Part shown: piece by piece, positions 19,471 through 27,978 of the stretch | Layout: each line of letters opens with the position of its first letter | Numbering within the stretch: position 1 is the first letter of the stretch | Assembly (NCBI GenBank): GCA_050251945.1 | Contig: JBFWLW010000004.1 | Coordinates: forward strand, 128,001-192,000 | DNA: 64,000 nt | Direction: 5' to 3' | DNA from: Deferribacterales bacterium | GTDB taxonomy: Bacteria; Chrysiogenota; Deferribacteres; Deferribacterales; Geovibrionaceae | The notes under the pieces: model-generated | The model's database searches: none | What the model saw: the letters and a program-made list of their open reading frames with translations, nothing else | Told to the model about the DNA's origin: nothing | Program-made: the position numbers and the translations under genes

Positions 19471-20034
19471 ATGAGTTCAGAAAGCTTTCAGAGTTTTATT
19501 CAGGCAATTTCCGGCGATGTGGAAGCTACAGCCAGATTTAAGGAATGTATATTAAAGGGGAGAGAGTCTGTCGTGGCTTATGCCCATGAACTTGGCTACG
19601 AAATAGACGCAGATGATCTTGAAATTCTTTATGAGAAGTTTAAGCAATCTGTTAAAGACGTTATTGAAACATCGGAAGCCGATGAAAGCGAAGGTATGAA
19701 AAACCTTAAGAGCTTTATGAGGTTTTCCGGCGGCAATGAAGATGTGAAAAGAAGACTTGCAGAACTTGGCTTCGGTGACCCTCAGGCAGTCGTAAATTAT
19801 GCGAAAGAGCTTGGGTATGAGTTTTCGGAGAAGGATCTGGATGAATTCAGCAAACAGCTTCTTGATAAGTCCGAAGAACTCAGCGATGAGGATTTGGAAA
19901 AGGTTGCAGGTGGATTCCTTTTATTAAGCCTCGCACTAACCGCTTTGGTAGGAGTAGTGTCGATGGCAATAGCGGCAGTTTCCGGAGCTGCTGTAGGAGC
20001 AGCAGTGGCAATAGCAGTGACATCAGCAAAATGA
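19471..20034 (+). CDS. RiPP precursor P1, tandem double Nif11 leader, hydrophobic core
   Basis: 148-aa leader with two A.ELGYE....DL motifs ending ELSDEDLEKVAGG; core FLLLSLALTALVGVVSMAIAAVSGAAVGAAVAIAVTSAK. Confidence 0.9.
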   Translation: MSSESFQSFIQAISGDVEATARFKECILKGRESVVAYAHELGYEIDADDLEILYEKFKQSVKDVIETSEADESEGMKNLKSFMRFSGGNEDVKRRLAELGFGDPQAVVNYAKELGYEFSEKDLDEFSKQLLDKSEELSDEDLEKVAGGFLLLSLALTALVGVVSMAIAAVSGAAVGAAVAIAVTSAK

Positions 20035-20080
20035 TTCTCATAACACTAGCTTTTTTAACAACAAATATAAGAGGTAAATT

Positions 20081-20635
20081 ATGAGTTCAGAAAGTTTTCA
20101 GAGTTTTATTCAGGCAATTTCCGGCGATGCGGGAGCTACAGCCAGATTTAAGGAATGCTTAATAAAGGGTAAAGAGTTTGTTGTGGCTTATGCCCATGAA
20201 CTTGGCTACGAAATAGACGCAGATGATCTTGAAGTTCTTTATGAGAAGTTTAAGCAATCTGTTAAAGACGTTATTGAAACATCGGAAGCCGATGAAAGCG
20301 AAGGGATGAAAAACCTTAAGAACTTTATGAGGTTTTCCGGCAGCAATGAAGATGTGAAAAGAAAACTTGCAGAACTTGGCTTCGGTGACCCTCAGGCAGT
20401 CGTAAGTTATGCGAAAGAGCTTGGGTATGAGTTTTCGGAGAAGGATCTGGATGAATTCAGCAAGCAGCTTCTTGATAAGTCCGAAGAACTCAGCGATGAG
20501 GATTTGGAAAAGGTTGCAGGTGGATTTACGTTAGTTGCAGCACTGTTAGTAGCAGCCGCATTAGCGGCGGTTATAGCGTTGGGAGCTGTCGGAGTCGGAG
20601 GAGCTGTCGCAGTGGCATCTGTGGATTCATTCTGA
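20081..20635 (+). CDS. RiPP precursor P2, tandem double Nif11 leader, hydrophobic core
   Basis: Leader nearly identical to P1; core FTLVAALLVAAALAAVIALGAVGVGGAVAVASVDSF. Confidence 0.9.
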   Translation: MSSESFQSFIQAISGDAGATARFKECLIKGKEFVVAYAHELGYEIDADDLEVLYEKFKQSVKDVIETSEADESEGMKNLKNFMRFSGSNEDVKRKLAELGFGDPQAVVSYAKELGYEFSEKDLDEFSKQLLDKSEELSDEDLEKVAGGFTLVAALLVAAALAAVIALGAVGVGGAVAVASVDSF

Positions 20636-20672
20636 TGATGCAGGTCGGATGCAGATTGCAGGTGGGGAGCAT

Positions 20673-22139
20673 ATGAGAAACATGGATTACTTATCATCTT
20701 TTTCGCAAGAAGAAGTGAGAATATTAGCACAACTCAAAAGAGTTTTTGAATGTACAGATGGCGACCCGGATATCCGGGAAGTTGTTTCTGGTAAAGCAGT
20801 TACTGATAAAGCTGTTGAAAGGTTTAAGCAGATAGGCGTATCTCTGGATATGAAGGATATCGCTTTTATCTGGGAGATACCTTATGAGTGCACCCTTTAT
20901 ATTACAGCTCTTTTGTTAAAAGATAAAATTACTCTGCCGGATGGTGTTGCTGAAAAAGCGGAAAACTACCCTTTGCTTAAGCTTTGGAGAAGATATGTTG
21001 AGGTTGCGATGCAATCCGTGTGCAGCTGTCAGCCGTCAGAAAATATTGTGACAACAAACAGCGCACTGAACAACTGGAGAAAAAGGAGAATTGCGGCTGC
21101 AAAAAGCGAATTGGGGCATTTTGGCAACGTGATAAGCCACCCTCTGTATGCCTTTGAGTTGAGTTCAGGATGCGGTGTGGGGTGCTGGTTTTGTTCCTTT
21201 GCTACAGATAAACTGAAAGATGTTCTGGATTATGAGACAAACAAAGATTATTTCGCAGCTGTAATCGGCAGATGTGTCGAACTGTTCGGGAAACAGGGTG
21301 CAGGCTCGGCACTGCCGTACTACAGGACGGAACCGCATGATAACCCTCATTATATCGATTATCTGAAAGATTTTGAAGAGATAACGGGCTCGGTTTTATG
21401 CACTTCGACAGCCGTTGGAAACGATAAGGATTGGGTTAAGGCTTTGCTGGCATATTATGGTGACAAAAGTCCATGGCCAAGACTCAGTGTTCTGTCTGTT
21501 GGTATGCTTAAAACCATTTATGAGAATTTTACGCCTGAAGAGCTTATACATCGACAGCTTTTAATGCAGATGAAAGAGAATTTACGCCCGAAAGTATCCG
21601 GAGGACGGATTCTGGAGGAGAAAAGCGGCATCAGGGATATTTCACCGGATGCTGATATAAAGCAAACTATTGTTCCTCAGGGTTCAATAGCCTGCGCATC
21701 AGGTTTTCTGATCAACCTTGTCAGACGCACGATAGATGTTTTCAGTCCTTGCTACACGTCAGCAAAATGGCCTTACGGATACAGAGTTTTTGACAGTGCC
21801 GTTTATGAGGACGAAAACGATTTTCCTATTGTAATTCAGAAGCTTATCAACAAAAACATGCATATGTCTCCGCCGATGGACAAGCCTTTGCGATTTCGTG
21901 ATGACATGGTTTATAAAAAGACTGATGCCGGATTTGATCTTGTTACGCCGAACCAGATTCACCATTTCAGGCTGAAAGACAAATGCGGTCCCGTTGGTGA
22001 ACTGATAAATTCCGGCAATATGACCAATGCTGAAATTCAGAGAAAATTAATTGATGAACACGGTATTAATCCGTTTGTGGTTGGAGCTTCCATACAGAAG
22101 CTGTTTGACGACGGCATGATTGATGAGGTTTACAGTTAA
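20673..22139 (+). CDS. radical SAM peptide epimerase, PoyD/OspD type
   Basis: WR.RRI, FELSSGCGVGCWFC and SIACASGFLINLV....FSPC....WPYGY match my recollection of proteusin epimerase motifs; no SPASM domain; start moved to ATG 20673. Confidence 0.88.
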   Translation: MRNMDYLSSFSQEEVRILAQLKRVFECTDGDPDIREVVSGKAVTDKAVERFKQIGVSLDMKDIAFIWEIPYECTLYITALLLKDKITLPDGVAEKAENYPLLKLWRRYVEVAMQSVCSCQPSENIVTTNSALNNWRKRRIAAAKSELGHFGNVISHPLYAFELSSGCGVGCWFCSFATDKLKDVLDYETNKDYFAAVIGRCVELFGKQGAGSALPYYRTEPHDNPHYIDYLKDFEEITGSVLCTSTAVGNDKDWVKALLAYYGDKSPWPRLSVLSVGMLKTIYENFTPEELIHRQLLMQMKENLRPKVSGGRILEEKSGIRDISPDADIKQTIVPQGSIACASGFLINLVRRTIDVFSPCYTSAKWPYGYRVFDSAVYEDENDFPIVIQKLINKNMHMSPPMDKPLRFRDDMVYKKTDAGFDLVTPNQIHHFRLKDKCGPVGELINSGNMTNAEIQRKLIDEHGINPFVVGASIQKLFDDGMIDEVYS

Positions 22140-22169
22140 TATATCAAAATGTGTCTACGGAGGCAGCGG

Positions 22170-22511
22170 ATGTCAGTTGAAAAAGTTAAAGAGTTTTTCA
22201 AGCGTCTGGAAGATGACGAGGCATTCAGGGATGATTTCCTGAAAGACGAAAAACTTGAAAAAGGCAACTATGAAGCAATCTGCAAGGCAGCCTCTGCGAA
22301 GGGCTATGAGTTCACCGCCGAAGACTTTAATGTGGCAAAAGAGGAAATGAAAAAAACAGAACTCACCTCCGACCAGCTCGAAAAAATAGCAGGTGGAGCA
22401 GGTTTAGGCATATGTTTTGTCGGCGGATACGGATCCTGGTATTCGAGTGAGAGCGGATATCACGAAGGCAGCTCCTATGGCTTTTGCCTGATATTCGGCT
22501 TTAATTTTTAA
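22170..22511 (+). CDS. Nif11-leader RiPP precursor P3
   Basis: MSVEKVKEFF...LEKIAGG; core AGLGICFVGGYGSWYSSESGYHEGSSYGFCLIFGFNF. Confidence 0.92.
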   Translation: MSVEKVKEFFKRLEDDEAFRDDFLKDEKLEKGNYEAICKAASAKGYEFTAEDFNVAKEEMKKTELTSDQLEKIAGGAGLGICFVGGYGSWYSSESGYHEGSSYGFCLIFGFNF

Positions 22512-22532
22512 TAATTTCGACAGGAGGAAGTC

Positions 22533-22886
22533 ATGTCAGTTGAAAAAGTTAAAGAATTTTTTAAACGCCTGGAAGATGACGAGGCATTCAGGGATGATTT
22601 CCTGAAAGACGAAAAACTTGAAAAAGGCAACTATAAAGCAATTTGCAAGGCAGCCTCTACGAAGGGCTATGAGTTCACCGCCGAAGACTTTAAGGCGGCG
22701 AAGGAAGAGATGAAAGATACGGAGCTTACTCATGAACAGCTCGAGAAGGTCAGCGGAGGGGTCAGCATTTGTATATCTATCGGAGAAAGTCTTACCTGTT
22801 CATCTATATCCACGTATTATCAAACTTGTGCGCATCAGGCATATTCGGAAATGGTGAGCGGTTGTTCAGCTCCTGCGCTCGCATAA
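22533..22886 (+). CDS. Nif11-leader RiPP precursor P4
   Basis: Core VSICISIGESLTCSSISTYYQTCAHQAYSEMVSGCSAPALA. Confidence 0.92.
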   Translation: MSVEKVKEFFKRLEDDEAFRDDFLKDEKLEKGNYKAICKAASTKGYEFTAEDFKAAKEEMKDTELTHEQLEKVSGGVSICISIGESLTCSSISTYYQTCAHQAYSEMVSGCSAPALA

Positions 22887-22962
22887 AGCATACATGTAAA
22901 TAATGACTGGCAAAAAGTAACAGCTTTGAAGGATGCAATTGTGAAGACACTGGAGGCATATT

Positions 22963-23322
22963 ATGTCAGTTGAAAAAGTAAAAGAGTTTTTCAAACGTCT
23001 GGAAGATGACGAGGCATTCAGGGATGATTTCCTGAAAGATGAAACACTTGAAAAAGACAACTATGAAGCAATCTGCAAGGCAGCCTTTGTGAAGGGTTAT
23101 GAGTTCACCCTTGAAGACTTTAAGGCGGCAAAGGAAGAGATGAAAGATATTGAGCTTACTCATGATCAGCTTGATAAGGTCAGCGGAGGAATACCGGGCG
23201 ACCTCCTGTGTGCAGTTCCTCCAATTGGTGGCTGTTCATCTGCAGCCACGTATTATAGTACGTGTGAGCATCAGGCATGGGCGGAAATAAATAGCGGTTG
23301 TTCAGCTCCTGCGCTCGCATAA
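22963..23322 (+). CDS. Nif11-leader RiPP precursor P5
   Basis: Core IPGDLLCAVPPIGGCSSAATYYSTCEHQAWAEINSGCSAPALA. Confidence 0.92.
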   Translation: MSVEKVKEFFKRLEDDEAFRDDFLKDETLEKDNYEAICKAAFVKGYEFTLEDFKAAKEEMKDIELTHDQLDKVSGGIPGDLLCAVPPIGGCSSAATYYSTCEHQAWAEINSGCSAPALA

Positions 23323-23398
23323 AGCATACATGTAAATAATGACTGGCAAAAAGTAACAGCTTTGAAGGATGCAATTGTGAAGATACTGGAGGCATATT

Positions 23399-23758
23399 AT
23401 GTCAGTTGAAAAAGTTAAAGAGTTTTTCAAACGTCTGGAAGATGACGAGGCATTCAGGGATGATTTCCTGAAAGATGAAACACTTGAAAAAGACAACTAT
23501 GAAGCAATCTGCAAGGCAGCCTTTGTGAAGGGTTATGAGTTCACCCTTGAAGACTTTAAGGCGGCAAAGGAAGAGATGAAAGATATTGAGCTTACTCATG
23601 ATCAGCTTGATAAGGTCAGCGGAGGAATACCGGGCGACCTCCTGTGTGCAGTTCCTCCAATTGGTGGCTGTTCATCTGCAGCCACGTATTATAGTACGTG
23701 TGAGCATCAGGCATGGGCGGAAATAAATAGCGGTTGTTCAGCTCCTGCGCTCGCATAA
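23399..23758 (+). CDS. Nif11-leader RiPP precursor P6 (protein identical to P5)
   Basis: Identical translation to 22963-23322. Confidence 0.9.
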   Translation: MSVEKVKEFFKRLEDDEAFRDDFLKDETLEKDNYEAICKAAFVKGYEFTLEDFKAAKEEMKDIELTHDQLDKVSGGIPGDLLCAVPPIGGCSSAATYYSTCEHQAWAEINSGCSAPALA

Positions 23759-23834
23759 AGCATACATGTAAATAATGACTGGCAAAAAGTAACAGCTTTG
23801 AAGGATGCAATTGTGAAGATACTGGAGGCATATT

Positions 23835-24143
23835 ATGTCAGTTGAAAAAGTTAAAGAGTTTTTCAAACGTCTGGAAGATGACGAGGCATTCAGGGATGAT
23901 TTCCTGAAAGATGAAACACTTGAAAAAGACAACTATGAAGCAATCTGCAAGGCAGCCTTTGTGAAGGGTTATGAGTTCACCCTTGAAGACTTTAAGGCGG
24001 CAAAGGAAGAGATGAAAGATATTGAGCTCAATGAAAACCAGCTCGCAGGCATAAGCGGCGGTGTAAGTGCCGATTCTAATAAGCCTGTGTCTTATTGTCA
24101 ACCATTTGGTATCGGCGGATACAGCATATATATTCCTGAATAA
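23835..24143 (+). CDS. Nif11-leader RiPP precursor P7
   Basis: ...LAGISGG; core VSADSNKPVSYCQPFGIGGYSIYIPE. Confidence 0.9.
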   Translation: MSVEKVKEFFKRLEDDEAFRDDFLKDETLEKDNYEAICKAAFVKGYEFTLEDFKAAKEEMKDIELNENQLAGISGGVSADSNKPVSYCQPFGIGGYSIYIPE

Positions 24144-24177
24144 GTGTTTTAACCATCTGATAAAAGGAGCGGTGATA

Positions 24178-25536
24178 ATGGCAAAATATGCGGTTTTGAA
24201 TAAAGACTGGGCTTTGCGCGGCTGGACGACACTTGAAAAAGCGGCAGTTAATACCGTAAGCGGGCGTGTTGTTCCTCTTGTAAACAGGGCGGACTATGTT
24301 TTAAGGTCGTGTGACGGTAAAACGGATTTTGAAATGCCTATTTTTCTGGATACGCATCTTGAAATTCTCAACATCCTCGAAAAACAAAAGATTGTAACGA
24401 TTATGGATACCGAATCTTCAATTCAGCCGTACCAAAAGTTCAGAAAGGCTGAATGCCCGTATGTAATGAATGTGCATTGGGCGATAACCGGCAGGTGTAA
24501 TCTGAAATGTATGCATTGTTTCATGGAGTCACCGTCAATAAGGTCGGATAATCCGACATTTAAACAGATTGAGACGACAGTAAAAAGTTTCATCGAGGCT
24601 AATGTGCCTGCCGTGAGTCTGACAGGCGGTGAGCCGCTGATTAGAAAAGACCTTTTTGACATAATTGCTTTGCTGAACAGCGAACATATTGCAGTCAGAC
24701 AGATTTATACCAACGGAATACTTATTACAGAAGAGATTCTTAAAAAATTTGAGGCATTGCCTTTTAAAGTTCAGTTTAATGTCAGCTTTGACGGTGTCGG
24801 CTGGCACGACAGAATGCGTGGACTGAAAGGAACAGAAGAAAAGACTCTGCGAGCCATACGGATGATCAAAGAGGCGGGGCATGAGCTTTGCGTTGCAACA
24901 ACTATTGACAGATTGAGTGTCGTAAGTCTGTTTGAAACATATGAGACGATGAAACAGTATGGTGTGGGAGTGTGGCGGATAATGACTGCGGAGGATAGCG
25001 GAAACTGGCACGAACACAGAGACCTTTCGCTCACGTTAGACGAGGAACTGAAAGCATATTCGCCATTGTTTAAAAGATGGCATGAAGACGGGCACCCGAT
25101 GGTGGTTCAGTTCGGGTATCTTTTTGACGGACGGAAAGAGGGTTTCGAAGAATTTAAACCTCCGGTAACCATTAAACACGACGCAAAAAGCAAAGCATGT
25201 TCAACATGTGCATATTCCACATATCTTGGTCCGGAAGGAAAACTGCTCCCGTGCCATATTTATACCGGAACTGAACTTGAAAAACAGCTTCCAAGTATTT
25301 ATGAGGTCGGTTTTGCGGGAGCATACAATAACGAACTTCTGCGCAGCATCAATGATATGACAATCGGAGACCTGTTCGGAGAAAATCCGGAATGCGAAGG
25401 ATGTGCTCATCTCGAACGCTGCGGAATAGGCTGTCGGGCGAAAGCGTATTCAGACTACGGCAAGGTTACTGCCAAAGACGGGCAGATGTGTGCTGTAATG
25501 CTCAACAAATATACCGAGAGAATGCAGGAAATATAG
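24178..25536 (+). CDS. radical SAM/SPASM peptide maturase with probable N-terminal RRE
   Basis: CNLKCMHC, TGGEP, SFDG...HD..RG; SPASM C..C...G...PC...CEGC.....C.IGCRA...C; N-terminal L..CDG.T is PqqD-like. Start moved to ATG 24178 (AGGAG RBS). Confidence 0.93.
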   Translation: MAKYAVLNKDWALRGWTTLEKAAVNTVSGRVVPLVNRADYVLRSCDGKTDFEMPIFLDTHLEILNILEKQKIVTIMDTESSIQPYQKFRKAECPYVMNVHWAITGRCNLKCMHCFMESPSIRSDNPTFKQIETTVKSFIEANVPAVSLTGGEPLIRKDLFDIIALLNSEHIAVRQIYTNGILITEEILKKFEALPFKVQFNVSFDGVGWHDRMRGLKGTEEKTLRAIRMIKEAGHELCVATTIDRLSVVSLFETYETMKQYGVGVWRIMTAEDSGNWHEHRDLSLTLDEELKAYSPLFKRWHEDGHPMVVQFGYLFDGRKEGFEEFKPPVTIKHDAKSKACSTCAYSTYLGPEGKLLPCHIYTGTELEKQLPSIYEVGFAGAYNNELLRSINDMTIGDLFGENPECEGCAHLERCGIGCRAKAYSDYGKVTAKDGQMCAVMLNKYTERMQEI

Positions 25537-25545
25537 GGGAATATT

Positions 25546-25824
25546 ATGTCAGCTGAAAAAGTTAAAGAGTTTTTCAAACGTCTGGAAGATGACGAGGCAT
25601 TCAGAGATGATTTCCTGAAAGACGAAACACTTGAAAAGGAGAACACCGAAGCGGTTTGCAAGGCAGCTGCTGCAAGAGGTTATGAGTTTTCTGCCGGTGA
25701 CTTTAAAGCGGCAAAGGAAGAGATGAAAGATATTGAGCTTAGTCATGATCAGCTTGAGAAAGTCAGCGGAGGAGGGGATGTTTATAATGACTCTGATAAT
25801 TGTATGGTTGCGATGAAGTCCTGA
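25546..25824 (+). CDS. Nif11-leader RiPP precursor P8
   Basis: Core GDVYNDSDNCMVAMKS. Confidence 0.9.
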   Translation: MSAEKVKEFFKRLEDDEAFRDDFLKDETLEKENTEAVCKAAAARGYEFSAGDFKAAKEEMKDIELSHDQLEKVSGGGDVYNDSDNCMVAMKS

Positions 25825-25873
25825 AATACAAAATTTTTGAGAAAGGCAATTGTGAAAAACAGGAGGACATACC

Positions 25874-26221
25874 ATGTCAGTTGAAAAAGTTAAAGAATTT
25901 TTCAAACGTCTGGAAGATGACGAGGCATTCAGGGATGATTTCCTGAAAGACGAAACACTTGAAAAAAGCAACACCGAAACAATCTTCAGCGCTGCCGCTG
26001 CAAGAGGCTACAAATTTTCTGCCGATGATCTTAAAGCTGCTAAAGAAGAGATGAAAGATACGGAGCTTACTAATGATCAGCTTGATAAGGTCAGCGGAGG
26101 GGTTGGGCTTGGCATATGTTTTGTGTATGGCATTGGTTTGTTTGGTGTTTCAGACGGAGAAAACAATGCCGTAATTGAGGGAGTTACAGCTGGTGTCTGT
26201 TTTGGTGTCGGATTTAATTAA
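25874..26221 (+). CDS. Nif11-leader RiPP precursor P9
   Basis: Core VGLGICFVYGIGLFGVSDGENNAVIEGVTAGVCFGVGFN. Confidence 0.92.
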   Translation: MSVEKVKEFFKRLEDDEAFRDDFLKDETLEKSNTETIFSAAAARGYKFSADDLKAAKEEMKDTELTNDQLDKVSGGVGLGICFVYGIGLFGVSDGENNAVIEGVTAGVCFGVGFN

Positions 26222-26237
26222 GGTCAAGGAAAGTTTT

Positions 26238-26585
26238 ATGTCAGTCGAAAAAGTAAAAGAATTTTTTAAACGTCTGGAAGATGACGAGGTATTCAGAGAT
26301 GATTTCCTTAAAGACGAAACACTCGAAAAAGGCAATACTGAAACAATCTTCAGGGCTGCCGCTGCACTGGGTTATGAGTTCTCAGCTGATGATCTTAAGG
26401 CTGCAAAAGAAGAAATGAAAGATATTGAGCTTACTAATGATCAGCTTGAGAAGGTCAGCGGCGGGTTTGGTTTCGCTTTTTGTGTGGGATACGGATATGG
26501 ATATTGGACTGTAGTTGATAACGACAATACTGCGTCCGGTTCCGGAGGAGCCGTTGCTTTTTGTCTCGGTTTTGGATTCAACTAA
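26238..26585 (+). CDS. Nif11-leader RiPP precursor P10
   Basis: Core FGFAFCVGYGYGYWTVVDNDNTASGSGGAVAFCLGFGFN. Confidence 0.92.
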   Translation: MSVEKVKEFFKRLEDDEVFRDDFLKDETLEKGNTETIFRAAAALGYEFSADDLKAAKEEMKDIELTNDQLEKVSGGFGFAFCVGYGYGYWTVVDNDNTASGSGGAVAFCLGFGFN

Positions 26586-26596
26586 GGAGAATAATT

Positions 26597-26911
26597 ATGT
26601 CAGTTGAAAAAGTTAAAGAATTTTTCAAACGTCTGGAAGATGACGAGGCGTTCAGAGATGATTTCCTTAAAGACGAAACACTCGAAAAAGGCAACACCGA
26701 AGCGGTTTGCAAGGCAGCCTCTGCGAAGGGTTATGAGTTTTCTGCCGATGACCTTAAAGCTGCAAAAGAAGAGATGAAAGATACGGAGCTTAGTCATGAA
26801 CAGCTTGATAAGGTCAGCGGAGGGGTATCATGCTCATCTTCTACAGCTTTTACCGACACCTGTGACGCTATAATGACGGCTATGCTGGAGGATATGGGAT
26901 TGTTGAAGTGA
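26597..26911 (+). CDS. Nif11-leader RiPP precursor P11
   Basis: Core VSCSSSTAFTDTCDAIMTAMLEDMGLLK. Confidence 0.92.
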   Translation: MSVEKVKEFFKRLEDDEAFRDDFLKDETLEKGNTEAVCKAASAKGYEFSADDLKAAKEEMKDTELSHEQLDKVSGGVSCSSSTAFTDTCDAIMTAMLEDMGLLK

Positions 26912-26992
26912 TAGTTTTCTGCATACGCTTAATATAGTGGCAAAAAGTAAAAGCTTTGAAGGATGCAATTGTGAAAAACAGGAGGACATACC

Positions 26993-27280
26993 ATGTCAGC
27001 CGAAAAAGTTAAAGAATTTTTTAAACGTCTGGAAGATGACGAGGCGTTCAGAGATGATTTCCTTAAAGACGAAACACTCGAAAAAGGCAACACCGAAGCG
27101 GTTTGCAAGGCAGCCTCTGCGAAGGGTTATGAGTTTTCTGCCGATGACCTTAAAGCTGCAAAAGAAGAGATGAAAGATACGGAGCTTACTGATGAACAGC
27201 TTGATAAGGTAAGCGGAGGGACTACTTATTGGCTTTTAAATTGCCAGACGGTTATGTTTCATTGGGTTTCTGGAGAATAA
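26993..27280 (+). CDS. Nif11-leader RiPP precursor P12
   Basis: Core TTYWLLNCQTVMFHWVSGE. Confidence 0.9.
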   Translation: MSAEKVKEFFKRLEDDEAFRDDFLKDETLEKGNTEAVCKAASAKGYEFSADDLKAAKEEMKDTELTDEQLDKVSGGTTYWLLNCQTVMFHWVSGE

Positions 27281-27282
27281 TT

Positions 27283-27579
27283 ATGTCAGTTGAAAAAGTT
27301 AAAGAATTTTTCAAACGTATGGAAGATGACGAGGCGTTCAGGGATGATTTCCTGAAAGACGAAACACTCGAAAAAGGCAACACTGAATCAGTTTGCAAGG
27401 CTGCCGCTGCAAGAGGCTACGAGTTCACAGCTGATGATCTTAAGGCTGCAAAAGAAGAGATGAAAGATACGGAACTTACTTATGAACAGCTTGATAAGGT
27501 AAGCGGCGGTTTTAAGATCGGTTGGTGTTGGGTAACCGGTACTGCTCCTTGGTGTCTCTTAGTGGGATTCGGAGAATAA
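27283..27579 (+). CDS. Nif11-leader RiPP precursor P13
   Basis: Core FKIGWCWVTGTAPWCLLVGFGE. Confidence 0.92.
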   Translation: MSVEKVKEFFKRMEDDEAFRDDFLKDETLEKGNTESVCKAAAARGYEFTADDLKAAKEEMKDTELTYEQLDKVSGGFKIGWCWVTGTAPWCLLVGFGE

Positions 27580-27581
27580 TT

Positions 27582-27911
27582 ATGTCAGTTGAAAAAGTTA
27601 AAGAATTTTTCAAACGTATGGAAGATGACGAGGCATTCAGGGATGATTTCCTGAAAGATGAAACACTTGAAAAAGACAATACGAAAGCAATTTTCAGAGC
27701 TGCCGCAGCAAGGGGGTATGAGTTTTCCGCTGAAGACCTTAAGGCGGCGCAGGACGAAATGAAAGCAACAGAACTTTCGGATGAGGAGCTTGAGAAGATC
27801 CGCGGCGGCTCATACGGCGTCGGTTTTTGTTTCAGGTATGGTGTGTTAGTGTCCAGTGAGGGTGTTGTTTTCGATACTTACGCCGTGTGTTTTACCCTCG
27901 GGTATTATTGA
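27582..27911 (+). CDS. Nif11-leader RiPP precursor P14
   Basis: ...LEKIRGG; core SYGVGFCFRYGVLVSSEGVVFDTYAVCFTLGYY. Confidence 0.92.
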   Translation: MSVEKVKEFFKRMEDDEAFRDDFLKDETLEKDNTKAIFRAAAARGYEFSAEDLKAAQDEMKATELSDEELEKIRGGSYGVGFCFRYGVLVSSEGVVFDTYAVCFTLGYY

Positions 27912-27978
27912 AATCAGAGGAGAATGTCATGTCTGCGTCGAAAAAGAGAATCCATCTAAATTAATTAAAAAATGATAA

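Larger units (their letters stand above)
22857..24028 (+). repeat. 436-bp tandem duplication, about 2.7 copies
   Basis: Start codons at 22963, 23399 and 23835 are 436 bp apart; I see only two substitutions between copies 1 and 2. Confidence 0.93.

Noticed and set aside
22170..27911. CRISPR-like or integron-like array (constant repeat plus variable spacer)
   Set aside because: The repeats are ~230-bp protein-coding leaders in frame with the variable parts; no cas genes, attC sites or integron integrase.
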